Positions 8,558 through 16,829 of a stretch of DNA of 51,084 nucleotides are shown here, in pieces. The position numbers and the translations under genes are program-made. Location of the stretch: NCBI GenBank assembly GCA_039795715.1, contig JBDKLD010000075.1:1-51084 (forward strand), written 5' to 3'. The DNA comes from Candidatus Parcubacteria bacterium. Lineage in GTDB: Bacteria > Patescibacteriota > Minisyncoccia > Phycocordibacterales > UBA9973. The notes beneath the pieces were generated by a model that had not been told where the DNA came from, did no database searches, and saw nothing but the letters and a program-made list of their open reading frames with translations. The stretch's first letter is position 1, and each line of letters opens with the position of its first letter.

Positions 8558-10021
8558 CAGAGTAATATCATCTTGATAAGATGCTATCAAATTGAAGGGA
8601 GAAACCATTGTAAACTCTAACTTTTTTTCGTTGAGTGTGCAGTTCTGAAGTAGGAAACCAAGAAGTTGGCGTTTTTCCTCTACTTCGGAACTCATAAAAA
8701 TCTCTTTCGCTCGTTTAGCTATATTTAACATCATGTTTGCGGTCAAATAGAACTGTTCATCGGCAGTCGAATGCTCTTGCATCTGCGACAGTATTTCTGC
8801 CTGCTTTTCTTTGTACTCTTTCAAATAGTTGTCATACAAATCATCTGTAATACGTCCGTCGAGGCGGTCTTCGTACATTTTTCGCAAACGGACATCGTAC
8901 TTGTCGTATTCGGCTTTGAGTTCGTTGAGGCTGGAAGTGTAAAACTTGTTTTCACTTTCGCCTATTTCCTTCAACCCGCTTGTTATGTCCTGTATTTGCT
9001 GGTCTGTGAGCTTCAGGCTGTCGAGTACAGGGTAAATCTGCTGTAGAAGCTCGTCCTCGGTCGCATTTGCCTTGTGAGGGCACTCTTTGTAGCCAGAACA
9101 GCCGTAGTAAACATACTTGCCCTTTTTGAGCTGTCCGCCAATCGTGCCTTCACAGTGAGCACAGGTAGCCAATCCTCTGAAGATAAAAGGTATTGAGGCG
9201 TATTTGGTCGGGACTTTGTTGTGCTGCAACATGACTGCTTGGCAGGCATCAAAAAGCTCTTTGGAAATGAGCCGCTTGTATCTATGCCAGTATCGGAGCT
9301 TGTGCGTTCGAGAGTACGCTTCGCCATAGTAAAAAGTGTCATTCAAGATTTTGAAAATCATTGCATGGTTTACTTTCTTGCCTGACGTGCCACGCAAGCC
9401 GAGGTTATACATTCGGTCTGCAAGCGTTTTTACCGACACGTCGCCTTTGGCGTATTCTTCAAAAATCTTAACGATGAAGTGAGCTTTTTCGTCTGGCACA
9501 ACATCAATTCTTCGACGACGTATTGGATTGTCATTGTAGATGCTTTTGCAGCCGAGGACAGGTGCACCTGTTACTTCGCCGTCTTCCCTCATCTTGTCGT
9601 GCTTACGCTTCACGTTGTCGCTCAACTGCAAGACGTAGCTTTTTGCGAACATCACGCCCATATCCCAGCGAAGAATGTCGGCACTGTTCGATTTCTTGTT
9701 GATGACAAGCCCTTCTCGGTAAAAATGTATTTCCACTTTTCCTGCCTGTCGTAGCTCTTCAAAAATAACTGACTCTTTGAAGCTACGCTGAAGACGGTCA
9801 ATCGTATCGACGACAACCGCGAGTGTTTCTTTTGATGCTTTTATTATCTCGATAATTTCTTGGAACTTTACTCTGTAGCCCTTCGTTGAGGACTCTTTGA
9901 GCTTGATAACTTTCCATTCTTCAAGCCCCTTCCCTTTGGAGTATTCCAAGATACGAGAAAGTTGCGCATCATTTGAGTCCTGATTTTTGTCGGACTCTCT
10001 GGCTAAAATGATTGCTTTCAT
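8546..10021 (-). CDS. Large serine recombinase (integrase)
   Basis: 491 aa. It has an N-terminal resolvase-type domain (MKAIILARESDKNQD, VVVDTIDRLQRS), a recombinase domain, the Cys cluster CAHCEG...YYGCSGYKECPH, and a C-terminal coiled coil. The last 4 codons and the stop lie inside the tRNA-Ser 3' end. Confidence 0.85.
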   Translation of the reverse strand: MKAIILARESDKNQDSNDAQLSRILEYSKGKGLEEWKVIKLKESSTKGYRVKFQEIIEIIKASKETLAVVVDTIDRLQRSFKESVIFEELRQAGKVEIHFYREGLVINKKSNSADILRWDMGVMFAKSYVLQLSDNVKRKHDKMREDGEVTGAPVLGCKSIYNDNPIRRRRIDVVPDEKAHFIVKIFEEYAKGDVSVKTLADRMYNLGLRGTSGKKVNHAMIFKILNDTFYYGEAYSRTHKLRYWHRYKRLISKELFDACQAVMLQHNKVPTKYASIPFIFRGLATCAHCEGTIGGQLKKGKYVYYGCSGYKECPHKANATEDELLQQIYPVLDSLKLTDQQIQDITSGLKEIGESENKFYTSSLNELKAEYDKYDVRLRKMYEDRLDGRITDDLYDNYLKEYKEKQAEILSQMQEHSTADEQFYLTANMMLNIAKRAKEIFMSSEVEEKRQLLGFLLQNCTLNEKKLEFTMVSPFNLIASYQDDITLRRR

Positions 10022-10094
10022 ACGTTGTTAGTTTTTTATTTGTAATTTTCTCGGAGCTTTCAAATCTACTGTGAAGTAGTTACTTTTGAAAACA

Positions 10095-11084
10095 CTAGAT
10101 GTCGTTAGGCAGCACTTGCCCATTTACAGTCAGGCTGTAGCTCTGAATGGTAGGAAATTGCAAGAGAGTATTTTTTATCTGCATTGATGACCCTGTGACT
10201 CCACAAGAACCGCCTGTCGAAGGTTCTTTTGAAATATCAAGGTAAGCAACGCCATTAGTTATCGTCAGTGAGTTTATTACTACTCCTTGTTGAATGAAAC
10301 TTCCATACCCTGCAGCACTCTCTGCTGCGGTCGGACCCGCGAAGAGTTTTTCTAGGCTTGCTCGTGCAACTGCAGATGTTTGTGGGATTGACCTATTAAC
10401 AGCGTAATTGATGCGACAATCTGGTAACCCAGGGTTAGAGACGGCATTGTAAAAATATACTTTTATATTCGTCGTAGAGGATTGCTGTTGTGTTGGGTTT
10501 GGTTGTGGCCAAGGAGTAATTGTAAACGGTGTAAGGACTTTGGTAGCAGCAATCTCGCCATCTGCTTGGGCGTCGCCAGCAAAATGAAGTGCAATTTGGT
10601 TTGTCGAAGGAGAGCTAGTAAGACTTGGGATTGTAGCGATAATCGGCCAGTGTTGCATTCCAACGGAGTAATCGCCAACTGTCTTTATTTTTACTGCAAC
10701 GCTTTTCGCGCTTCCGCTTGTATCTCTAACAACTACATCGCCCGCAGTTCCTTCAAATGCACCCCATTTTAGGCACGTTCCTGCTACAGCACTGGCAGTG
10801 TCGATGTAGCCAGTTATATTCAGCGGGAAAGAAACTGTGTGGTTTATTGTCGGCGAAGTAATGACAAGGCAGCTATTAGTTCCAGTTTGTGGTGTTGTTA
10901 TATTTGTTGCTTGCTGCGTATTCTGACCCTGATTGGTTGGCAAATTGTAATCTGGTGTTTCTGTGGAAGTAGGAGTTACTTTTGAACTCTGGCTCATATA
11001 ATAAGCTCCGCCCCCGACCGCCAAAACAGCTACGATAATCAAGATAACTGCGATTGGTGCAAAACCTTTATTTAGTGTTTTCAT
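10095..11084 (-). CDS. Secreted Gmad2 (Ig-like) plus GerMN domain protein
   Basis: N-terminal TM anchor. VSFPLNITGYID...WGAFEGTAGDVVVRD is Gmad2-like. The C-terminal KVYFYN...ASLEKLFAGPT...GVAYLDIS is GerMN-like. Confidence 0.6.
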   Translation of the reverse strand: MKTLNKGFAPIAVILIIVAVLAVGGGAYYMSQSSKVTPTSTETPDYNLPTNQGQNTQQATNITTPQTGTNSCLVITSPTINHTVSFPLNITGYIDTASAVAGTCLKWGAFEGTAGDVVVRDTSGSAKSVAVKIKTVGDYSVGMQHWPIIATIPSLTSSPSTNQIALHFAGDAQADGEIAATKVLTPFTITPWPQPNPTQQQSSTTNIKVYFYNAVSNPGLPDCRINYAVNRSIPQTSAVARASLEKLFAGPTAAESAAGYGSFIQQGVVINSLTITNGVAYLDISKEPSTGGSCGVTGSSMQIKNTLLQFPTIQSYSLTVNGQVLPNDI

Positions 11085-11117
11085 ATAGCTTGAATGGTAC
11101 TACTTTTTGTGGTTTTA

Positions 11118-12254
11118 TCAACGCTCCGACGAGTGCATATCTGTTGGTAACTTATACGGCGCAAAGCGGGTCAAATTGTCCTTTATCTGCTTTACCCAGC
11201 CGTGATATGCCTTGCCTGAAATCTCATCGAGAAATGGTAGGTCGTCTGCTATTCGATACCATGTTCGGGTCGTGGCGTATCGCTCGATGATTGCCCTTGT
11301 TCCCCGTATGCCTTCCTTGCTCATTACCCTCAAACCGAGCAGGTACAGAGCTTCTTTCGGACTTACCTTTGGCTTGTTTTTGAAGATAGCGTCGAGCGTT
11401 TTGGTCGGACTGCTTTCAACATCGAAAAGAAATAGATTTTTGCCAGTGATGAGTTCATTCCAGTAATCGAGCAGCACTTTTTGGCAAAGGTCTTTATTGA
11501 ACACGTCTTTGAACGTCGGGTTTTCATTGAAGCCGAGTCGTTTCAGAATAGCGTTCAATTTTACCTTCTTTGCGAGCCGTGCTTCGATGCGCAAAATCTC
11601 TTTCTTTTCTTTTTTCGTCAGTGTTTCAAAGAGCGTAAGCTGAACTGCATTTTGGTCTTTGTCTATTGCTCGCTTCTCTGGTTTTTTCAGGTCTTGCACC
11701 TTGTCATAGATGACGAGCGAGTGTGAGTTCGTGTAGAACTGAAGCGAGTGCCCGTTGTTCCTGAAACTATCTCGGTTCAAATCCATTTTCTTGCTCACAT
11801 CAATTTTGTGAAGTTCGTTAATGACAAAGCTCGAAGTGTAGCCGTCAGCCAGTTCGATGTTCTTTGCTGGATGAAAAGCCGACACGCTGGCTTTCCGTAA
11901 AACTTCTTTCTGTACTTCAACTCTCATCGTCAGCATCGCATCGTAGAGAGCTGAAATCACTTTTTCAAAATCCTTTCCCTCAACTTCCTCAACATTGTTT
12001 CCGTGAAGCATCTTGGCAACAGAGAACTCTATTTTGAGCGGTATTTCATTACCGTTTTTTGTCGGTCTTTTCATCAGGGTCAATCGTGGCTTATACCTTT
12101 CGTTTTTCTTGTCCGTCGAGGTCGGATTGTTCACGCATTTGACGAGAAAGTTCCCAGCCATTTTCAGAATGTTTGCGTTCGGCGTAAACGCATTTGGGTC
12201 GAGCTTATATGACCCTCTCGGTATGGTTAGTATTACTGTGTCCAGCATATTCAT
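11118..12254 (-). CDS. Rolling-circle replication initiator, filamentous-phage gene II / CRI-like
   Basis: MLDTVILTIP parallels the MIDMLVLRLP start of f1 gpII. LKIEFSVAKMLHGNNVEEV parallels VEIKASPAKVLQGHNVFG. ILRIEARLAKK parallels LVRFEARIKTR. The comparison is from my memory of the f1 sequence. Confidence 0.55.
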   Translation of the reverse strand: MNMLDTVILTIPRGSYKLDPNAFTPNANILKMAGNFLVKCVNNPTSTDKKNERYKPRLTLMKRPTKNGNEIPLKIEFSVAKMLHGNNVEEVEGKDFEKVISALYDAMLTMRVEVQKEVLRKASVSAFHPAKNIELADGYTSSFVINELHKIDVSKKMDLNRDSFRNNGHSLQFYTNSHSLVIYDKVQDLKKPEKRAIDKDQNAVQLTLFETLTKKEKKEILRIEARLAKKVKLNAILKRLGFNENPTFKDVFNKDLCQKVLLDYWNELITGKNLFLFDVESSPTKTLDAIFKNKPKVSPKEALYLLGLRVMSKEGIRGTRAIIERYATTRTWYRIADDLPFLDEISGKAYHGWVKQIKDNLTRFAPYKLPTDMHSSER

Positions 12255-12558
12255 TACTTCTTTTATTTTGATAAGACAAAATCTCTTCTGCTTTTTCGAT
12301 AATCGCTCGCTCTATTTCTGAAGCCATATTCCTGCGTATCGGATGAAAAACATTGAAGTTTTTGCCGTTCAGATTTTTGGTCGGATAGGTTATGCGGTAG
12401 CCCGTTCCGTCGAGCTTGGTATGCACGCCGATTGAGCCGAGGTACAAACTGCCGTCCACAACGACGCTTGCGATTGCGACCAGCCCATTATTCGGCTTGA
12501 TTGGTATTACTTGTATTTCCGTTATTTGCATACAGATGCGGATTAACTCTTTTATCAA
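12205..12558 (-). CDS. SpoVG-like DNA/RNA-binding protein
   Basis: MQITEIQVIPIKPNNGLVAIASVVVDGSLYLGSIGVH resembles the SpoVG N-terminus. The true start may be that Met at 12531. The 3' end overlaps the Rep gene by about 50 nt. Confidence 0.5.
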   Translation of the reverse strand: MIKELIRICMQITEIQVIPIKPNNGLVAIASVVVDGSLYLGSIGVHTKLDGTGYRITYPTKNLNGKNFNVFHPIRRNMASEIERAIIEKAEEILSYQNKRSNEYAGHSNTNHTERVI

Positions 12559-12664
12559 CCTTCAGCAACAGACCGAAAAAACCGAGTACATTGTTTCGCT
12601 CAATTTCGTTGAGGTCTTTCATCGACCAGTCCGTATTTTCTTTTTTGCTTTTTCTTGCGGACAT

Positions 12665-12693
12665 AAAAAACCCTGAAGGTTGTATGTTCAGGG
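12665..12693 (-). terminator. Rho-independent terminator after the 12730..13956 gene
   Basis: On the minus strand, CCCTGAA-9 nt-TTCAGGG is followed by TTTTTT. Confidence 0.6.
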
Positions 12694-12729
12694 TATGCTT
12701 ATGCCTATTTACAAAAGTTTACAAACTTT

Positions 12730-13956
12730 CTATTTCTTCAAATAAGCCTTATTTATATTGATATTTTTGGTACTCACGACCAAGAAATCTTTGATTTTCG
12801 TGTCCTGTGCCACAGTCTGATTGACGGCTTTACCTGCTTGGTAAACCTTGTTTGCAGATACTTTGTCGTCGAATGAATAGCCCCAATCTTCGAGCACTTC
12901 GTCGCTTGCCCACACCTTGCGCTTGTCTTTGAAGAGCGTCCGCAATAGCTTATGAGGGTCACTTTCTTCTTTTTTGCCTATGAGGATTTTTTCGTTATTG
13001 AAATAGAGTATTCGGCTTTCTTCATCAAAACGAGGGTCGGATTTTGCAGTAGGAGCATCTGCTTGAAGTAGCTCGGCAACAAGGTATGAGTGTACTCGCT
13101 GGGCGTAGCGCTTATAGTCAGCTACACGGAAAATAACCAAATCATTGTCCGATGCTTCGCCTGAACGTATCTTTTCCATTTCGCCGAGAACGCCGATAAA
13201 ATTGAGCCAAGTCCATCGGGCAGAAGGGTCACTGGCCACAGTTGCCCTCAATTCGTCGGTTATTTCGTCAGGTTCAAAGACAAGTTTTTGAACAAGCGGC
13301 ATTTCGTGCCAAGCGCCCCACGGTTCAACTTGCCCTTTCCGTTCGAGCTTCCTTTTCTCTTCGTCAATTTTTTCATAAGTAGGCGAAAAGGTGTAGTTGC
13401 CGTATATGTTTGTTACCTTTTTGCCGTCGTCCTCAAACTCTTTGATTGCCGCTTCGTGGCCGCTTGCTCGGATTTGTCTGGCAACGCCGAAAAGGTCACT
13501 GTCGAGTGCATAGAGCGGGTTAGACGAAAGTATATGTCCGTTTAATTGGTCGTGAACTTCTTTCAAAGCACTGGCAATGCGGTCGTAATCATTTTGATAA
13601 ACTTCAACGGCTTTTATGGCTGGCTTCGCTTTTTCCGCCATCTTTTCAGCCGCTTTTTGAGCTTTTTCCAATGCTGGCTTGTATTTGTCTATAATTTTTT
13701 GCGCAATTTCAGTGACCCGCTCGGCTGATTTCCGAAGCTCGGTCATTGCTTGCGAGTTCATCAGTTCGTATACCTTGCTTGCAGTTTGCCGCTGTTTTTC
13801 GAGGGCTGTAATGAAAGGTTTGGTTTCCGTCAGCTCTTGGACTGTCTTTATGTATTCGGCAAGGCCGTGAAAAAAGCCCCATTTATCCTGTTGGTCTATA
13901 AAGCTCTTATACTGCTGCTCAATGATTTTGAGAGCTTTTTCATTACTGTTTTCCAT
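12730..13956 (-). CDS. Hypothetical protein with N-terminal coiled coil
   Basis: Long ORF. The ATG at 13956 (MENSNEK...) has AAGGG 11 nt upstream and is preferred over the GTG at 13980, which lies inside a hairpin. No motif recognised. Confidence 0.55.
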   Translation of the reverse strand: MENSNEKALKIIEQQYKSFIDQQDKWGFFHGLAEYIKTVQELTETKPFITALEKQRQTASKVYELMNSQAMTELRKSAERVTEIAQKIIDKYKPALEKAQKAAEKMAEKAKPAIKAVEVYQNDYDRIASALKEVHDQLNGHILSSNPLYALDSDLFGVARQIRASGHEAAIKEFEDDGKKVTNIYGNYTFSPTYEKIDEEKRKLERKGQVEPWGAWHEMPLVQKLVFEPDEITDELRATVASDPSARWTWLNFIGVLGEMEKIRSGEASDNDLVIFRVADYKRYAQRVHSYLVAELLQADAPTAKSDPRFDEESRILYFNNEKILIGKKEESDPHKLLRTLFKDKRKVWASDEVLEDWGYSFDDKVSANKVYQAGKAVNQTVAQDTKIKDFLVVSTKNININKAYLKK

Positions 13957-13990
13957 TACATTTTTACCCTTACACTGCACGCTGTGCAGT

Positions 13991-14020
13991 AAAAAACCAC
14001 AAGGAGCGAACGTCTTGTGG
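13991..14020 (-). terminator. Terminator-like hairpin upstream of the first gene of the element
   Basis: On the minus strand, CCACAAG-10 nt-CTTGTGG is followed by TTTTTT, then a second small hairpin CTGCAC-agc-GTGCAG. Confidence 0.4.
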
Positions 14021-14072
14021 CAATTCTATCAGATTTTCCCATTCGTCACATTTTGCCTTATACTGTCGGAAT

Positions 14073-14600
14073 ATGGACGACATCAAAATCACAGATGCAA
14101 CAGCACAGGACGTAGAAGGTATCCAGACTGTTTTTGACGAAACGTGGCTGGCCACTTACCCAAACGAAGAAGCAGGAATAACAAGAGAGGACATTCTCGA
14201 CAGAAGAAAGGGTTCATTTGACCCAGAGCGACTTCAAAAACGAAGGGAACACTTTACAAATCCGCCAGAAAACCAAAAGTTCGTTGTCGCCAAAGACGGA
14301 AACAGGGTTGTAGGACTTTGTAGTATTCTTCGAGAAGAGCAGTACAACAAATTGAGCACCATTTACATTCTTCCTGAATACCAAGGAAAAGGTATTGGAA
14401 AGAGGCTGTGGGAAGCGGTTGCCCCTTTTCTTGATACGAAAAAAGACACAATTGTTCAGGTTGCCACCTATAATAAGCAGGCAATCGCATTTTATGAAAA
14501 ACTAGGTTTTGTTGATACGGGAAAGCGTTTCAGTGACGAGAAGTTCAGAATGAAAAGTGGTGCTCTTATTCCTGAAATGGAACTCGTAATCAAAGCATAA
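14073..14600 (+). CDS. GNAT family N-acetyltransferase
   Basis: The acetyl-CoA motif YILPEYQGKGIGKRLWEAV plus AFYEKLGF. Confidence 0.85.
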   Translation: MDDIKITDATAQDVEGIQTVFDETWLATYPNEEAGITREDILDRRKGSFDPERLQKRREHFTNPPENQKFVVAKDGNRVVGLCSILREEQYNKLSTIYILPEYQGKGIGKRLWEAVAPFLDTKKDTIVQVATYNKQAIAFYEKLGFVDTGKRFSDEKFRMKSGALIPEMELVIKA

Positions 14601-14718
14601 TTTATGTAGTCATCAAAACAGCTTGGCTTGGGAAAATGCTGTGTATGCCAGAATACTCAAATCTCTGCCTTACGCCCTTCCAATCTACAGTTCTGAACGC
14701 ATCTAACCACTTCCGCAA

Positions 14719-15201
14719 ATGAAGAACGAAAGTCTATATATTAGGGTAATAGAATTAGCTTTAAAGTACCCTGAGGGGTTTACATTCTCGGATATTATTG
14801 ACAATAGAGAATTAAATTTAGAAGGCTGGAAAAGAAATATTTTTGACAGATATTTCTTAAATGCCTGTCAACGTTATCATCACAATAATAACACCATTGG
14901 TGAAACAATTTTTCTATTTATAGTAGGTAATAAGGATAAACATGACTCTCCAGAAAATAAATACTTATTGACTTTTGAAGCAGAATTTACGTTTATTGAT
15001 TATCTAGAACTAAAATTTGCTAGACAAAATGCAAAAGAAGCCAAAACACTGTCTATTTGGGCCATTGTTCTATCTGCAATTGCAATACTAGTATCGGCTC
15101 TAATTCCCTTTATAATTGCACATGAAGTTACTCAAAGTGTAATGATTGATAAAAATCAATTTCAAGAAATCAGAAATCTTATTGAATTGGACAAAAAATA
15201 A
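14719..15201 (+). CDS. Hypothetical protein with C-terminal TM helix
   Basis: 160 aa with hydrophobic LSIWAIVLSAIAILVSALIPFIIA. The stop is 3 nt before the next start, suggesting an operon. Confidence 0.5.
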   Translation: MKNESLYIRVIELALKYPEGFTFSDIIDNRELNLEGWKRNIFDRYFLNACQRYHHNNNTIGETIFLFIVGNKDKHDSPENKYLLTFEAEFTFIDYLELKFARQNAKEAKTLSIWAIVLSAIAILVSALIPFIIAHEVTQSVMIDKNQFQEIRNLIELDKK

Positions 15202-15204
15202 AAT

Positions 15205-16170
15205 ATGGAAACCGACTTACTTCAACAAATTCAAGAAAAATCCCTACTAATAGACTGGAGCAACAAGGAGATAAATATTTCAACACCAGTTGTCATTCAT
15301 TTTCCTGTACCTTCAAACCATCCCAGGTACTCAAAAATTAAGAGCTACAGGCTGATTGTCATGAAGATTAAGAACTACCCTTTATCTGAAACAGATCTTA
15401 TCATTTGTGATGAGCAATTAAAGCAATACTTACCTGAAAAGGTGGCGAATTTTCCTCATATTATTTTTATTGAAGCGGTTGAATATAAAACAAAGATAAT
15501 GTCAGAAGTTTCAATGCTCCAAAAAACCATATCGGACAAAAATTATAAACGTATTGTAGCGATTGGCGGCGGAATTATTGCTAACATCGCTTCTTTTCTT
15601 GCTGAAAAAATACATATTGATCTTGTTCATGTTCCGACAACACCTATTTCAATGTCAGACGCCAGTATTGGCGGTAAGGTGCGTGTAAATGATATTCAAG
15701 GAAATATATTTGTTAAACACGTTTATAAATCTTTTTATGAACCCTCTGAAATAATCCTTGATGCTCAATTTCTAAACCATTTGAGTGATGAGCAAATTCG
15801 CATCGGTCTTGCTGAAGTAATCAAGCATGCGCTTTATCAATCGCCTTTATTGATTCAATATATTTTATCTGATATCTTTCAGCCATTTACAAATAAAGAC
15901 AGCCTTTTGCGCGCAATTCTTTGGACTGCTGATCTTAAACGAATCTGCCTTGAGGTTGACCCCGAAGAGTCTTTAAATGGATCTTACAAAATACTTAGAG
16001 CCGCGCATGATATTTCTGACAAACTAGAAGAGCAGAGCGGTTTTATGCTTCAACATGGCATGGCAGTCGAAAAAGCGATGACCGAGGATATAAAATCCGA
16101 TATTGAAAAATCCGAGCTATTGGTCAAAATATACCAGAAATTAGGAATAGACTCACCCGCCTCAAACTGA
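15205..16170 (+). CDS. 3-dehydroquinate synthase-like sugar-phosphate cyclase family protein
   Basis: IVAIGGGIIANIASF (NAD GGG motif), VPTTPISMSDASIGGKVRVN, GLAEVIKHAL and LQHGMAVEKAM match the DHQS-family blocks. At 321 aa the C-terminus is shorter than AroB. Confidence 0.7.
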   Translation: METDLLQQIQEKSLLIDWSNKEINISTPVVIHFPVPSNHPRYSKIKSYRLIVMKIKNYPLSETDLIICDEQLKQYLPEKVANFPHIIFIEAVEYKTKIMSEVSMLQKTISDKNYKRIVAIGGGIIANIASFLAEKIHIDLVHVPTTPISMSDASIGGKVRVNDIQGNIFVKHVYKSFYEPSEIILDAQFLNHLSDEQIRIGLAEVIKHALYQSPLLIQYILSDIFQPFTNKDSLLRAILWTADLKRICLEVDPEESLNGSYKILRAAHDISDKLEEQSGFMLQHGMAVEKAMTEDIKSDIEKSELLVKIYQKLGIDSPASN

Positions 16171-16187
16171 ATCCTGAAGAAGCGCTA

Positions 16188-16239
16188 AAATACCCTTACT
16201 GGGCTTGAACTCGTGGGTACTTAACTCAGACAGCCCGCA
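16188..16239 (+). repeat. 52-nt direct repeat, copy 1
   Basis: aaatacccttactgggcttgaactcGtgggtacttaactcaGAcagcccgca. It differs from copy 2 at 3 positions. Confidence 0.9.
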
Positions 16240-16302
16240 TTGTAAAAAAAGTATCGGGTGACTCGAGTACCTTAATTCTTAGGTTTAAGCTAAACTAGTC
16301 AG

Positions 16303-16800
16303 ATGGAACATTTGCCATCAGAGAATACAAATAAACATGAAAAATCCCCTATCAAAGATGGGGTCGATTTTGTGTTTGAAAAAAATCCAAATCTCGCTCA
16401 AATTGGTGCAAAAGACCAGTATTCAGAATATTTAGATACCATATTCCCTGATAGTGTTATGCGCATGATTCTTTATCGTGGAGATAATATAAAATTTTCT
16501 TTACCCACAGATAATAATACCGGTGTCTATTTAACAACAAACAGAACCACTGGTTCTCAATATGGAGATCGATTAACCATGGCACTTGTAGAAACAAAAA
16601 ATCCATATCACACACAAGATATGCCTGGCATGTACTGGAAAAGAATTATCAATAAATCTGACAGATTATCCACACATGATTCAATCATATTAAATGGTGG
16701 TCAAGAACTTATTATTGCACCTAAAAAAATTCATTTATTGGGATCCGATCAAGATTTGGAAAACTTTAGAAAATTTGTCGAAAATCACAAAGACTCATAG
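16303..16800 (+). CDS. Hypothetical protein, possible ADP-ribosyltransferase-like fold
   Basis: 165 aa. ILYRGD, GVYLTTN and GGQELII have spacing reminiscent of the R / S-T-S / E triad. This is weak motif-level evidence only. Confidence 0.5.
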   Translation: MEHLPSENTNKHEKSPIKDGVDFVFEKNPNLAQIGAKDQYSEYLDTIFPDSVMRMILYRGDNIKFSLPTDNNTGVYLTTNRTTGSQYGDRLTMALVETKNPYHTQDMPGMYWKRIINKSDRLSTHDSIILNGGQELIIAPKKIHLLGSDQDLENFRKFVENHKDS

Positions 16801-16829
16801 GGCTGGTTTAGAGCTACAGAGAAGTGTTT

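Larger units (their letters stand above)
8546..14020. mobile_element. Putative integrated plasmid/phage-like element at tRNA-Ser (right border uncertain)
   Basis: A serine integrase overlaps the tRNA 3' end. It is followed by co-oriented Rep (gpII-like), SpoVG-like and unknown genes. An insulating terminator sits at about 14.0 kb. Confidence 0.5.

Noticed and set aside
12488-12664. 58-codon minus-strand ORF (MSARKSKKENTDWSMKDLNEIERNNVLGFFGLL...) between the coiled-coil gene and the SpoVG-like gene
   Set aside because: Its ATG follows directly after the terminator T-run with no ribosome-binding sequence. It overlaps the SpoVG-like start by 44-70 nt. It cannot be excluded as a small Xis/regulator-like gene, but it is unsupported.
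8546-14720. Direct repeat of the tRNA-Ser 3' end marking attR
   Set aside because: By eye I found no convincing second copy. The best candidate, near 14665, is only about 11/20 identical. Serine integrases need only a 2-bp crossover, so absence is uninformative. The right border is therefore left approximate.
15205-16170. Annotating the DHQS-like gene as aroB
   Set aside because: There are no shikimate genes nearby. The histidine block is divergent, the C-terminus is shorter, and the gene lies in an AT-rich island. It is kept at family level only.
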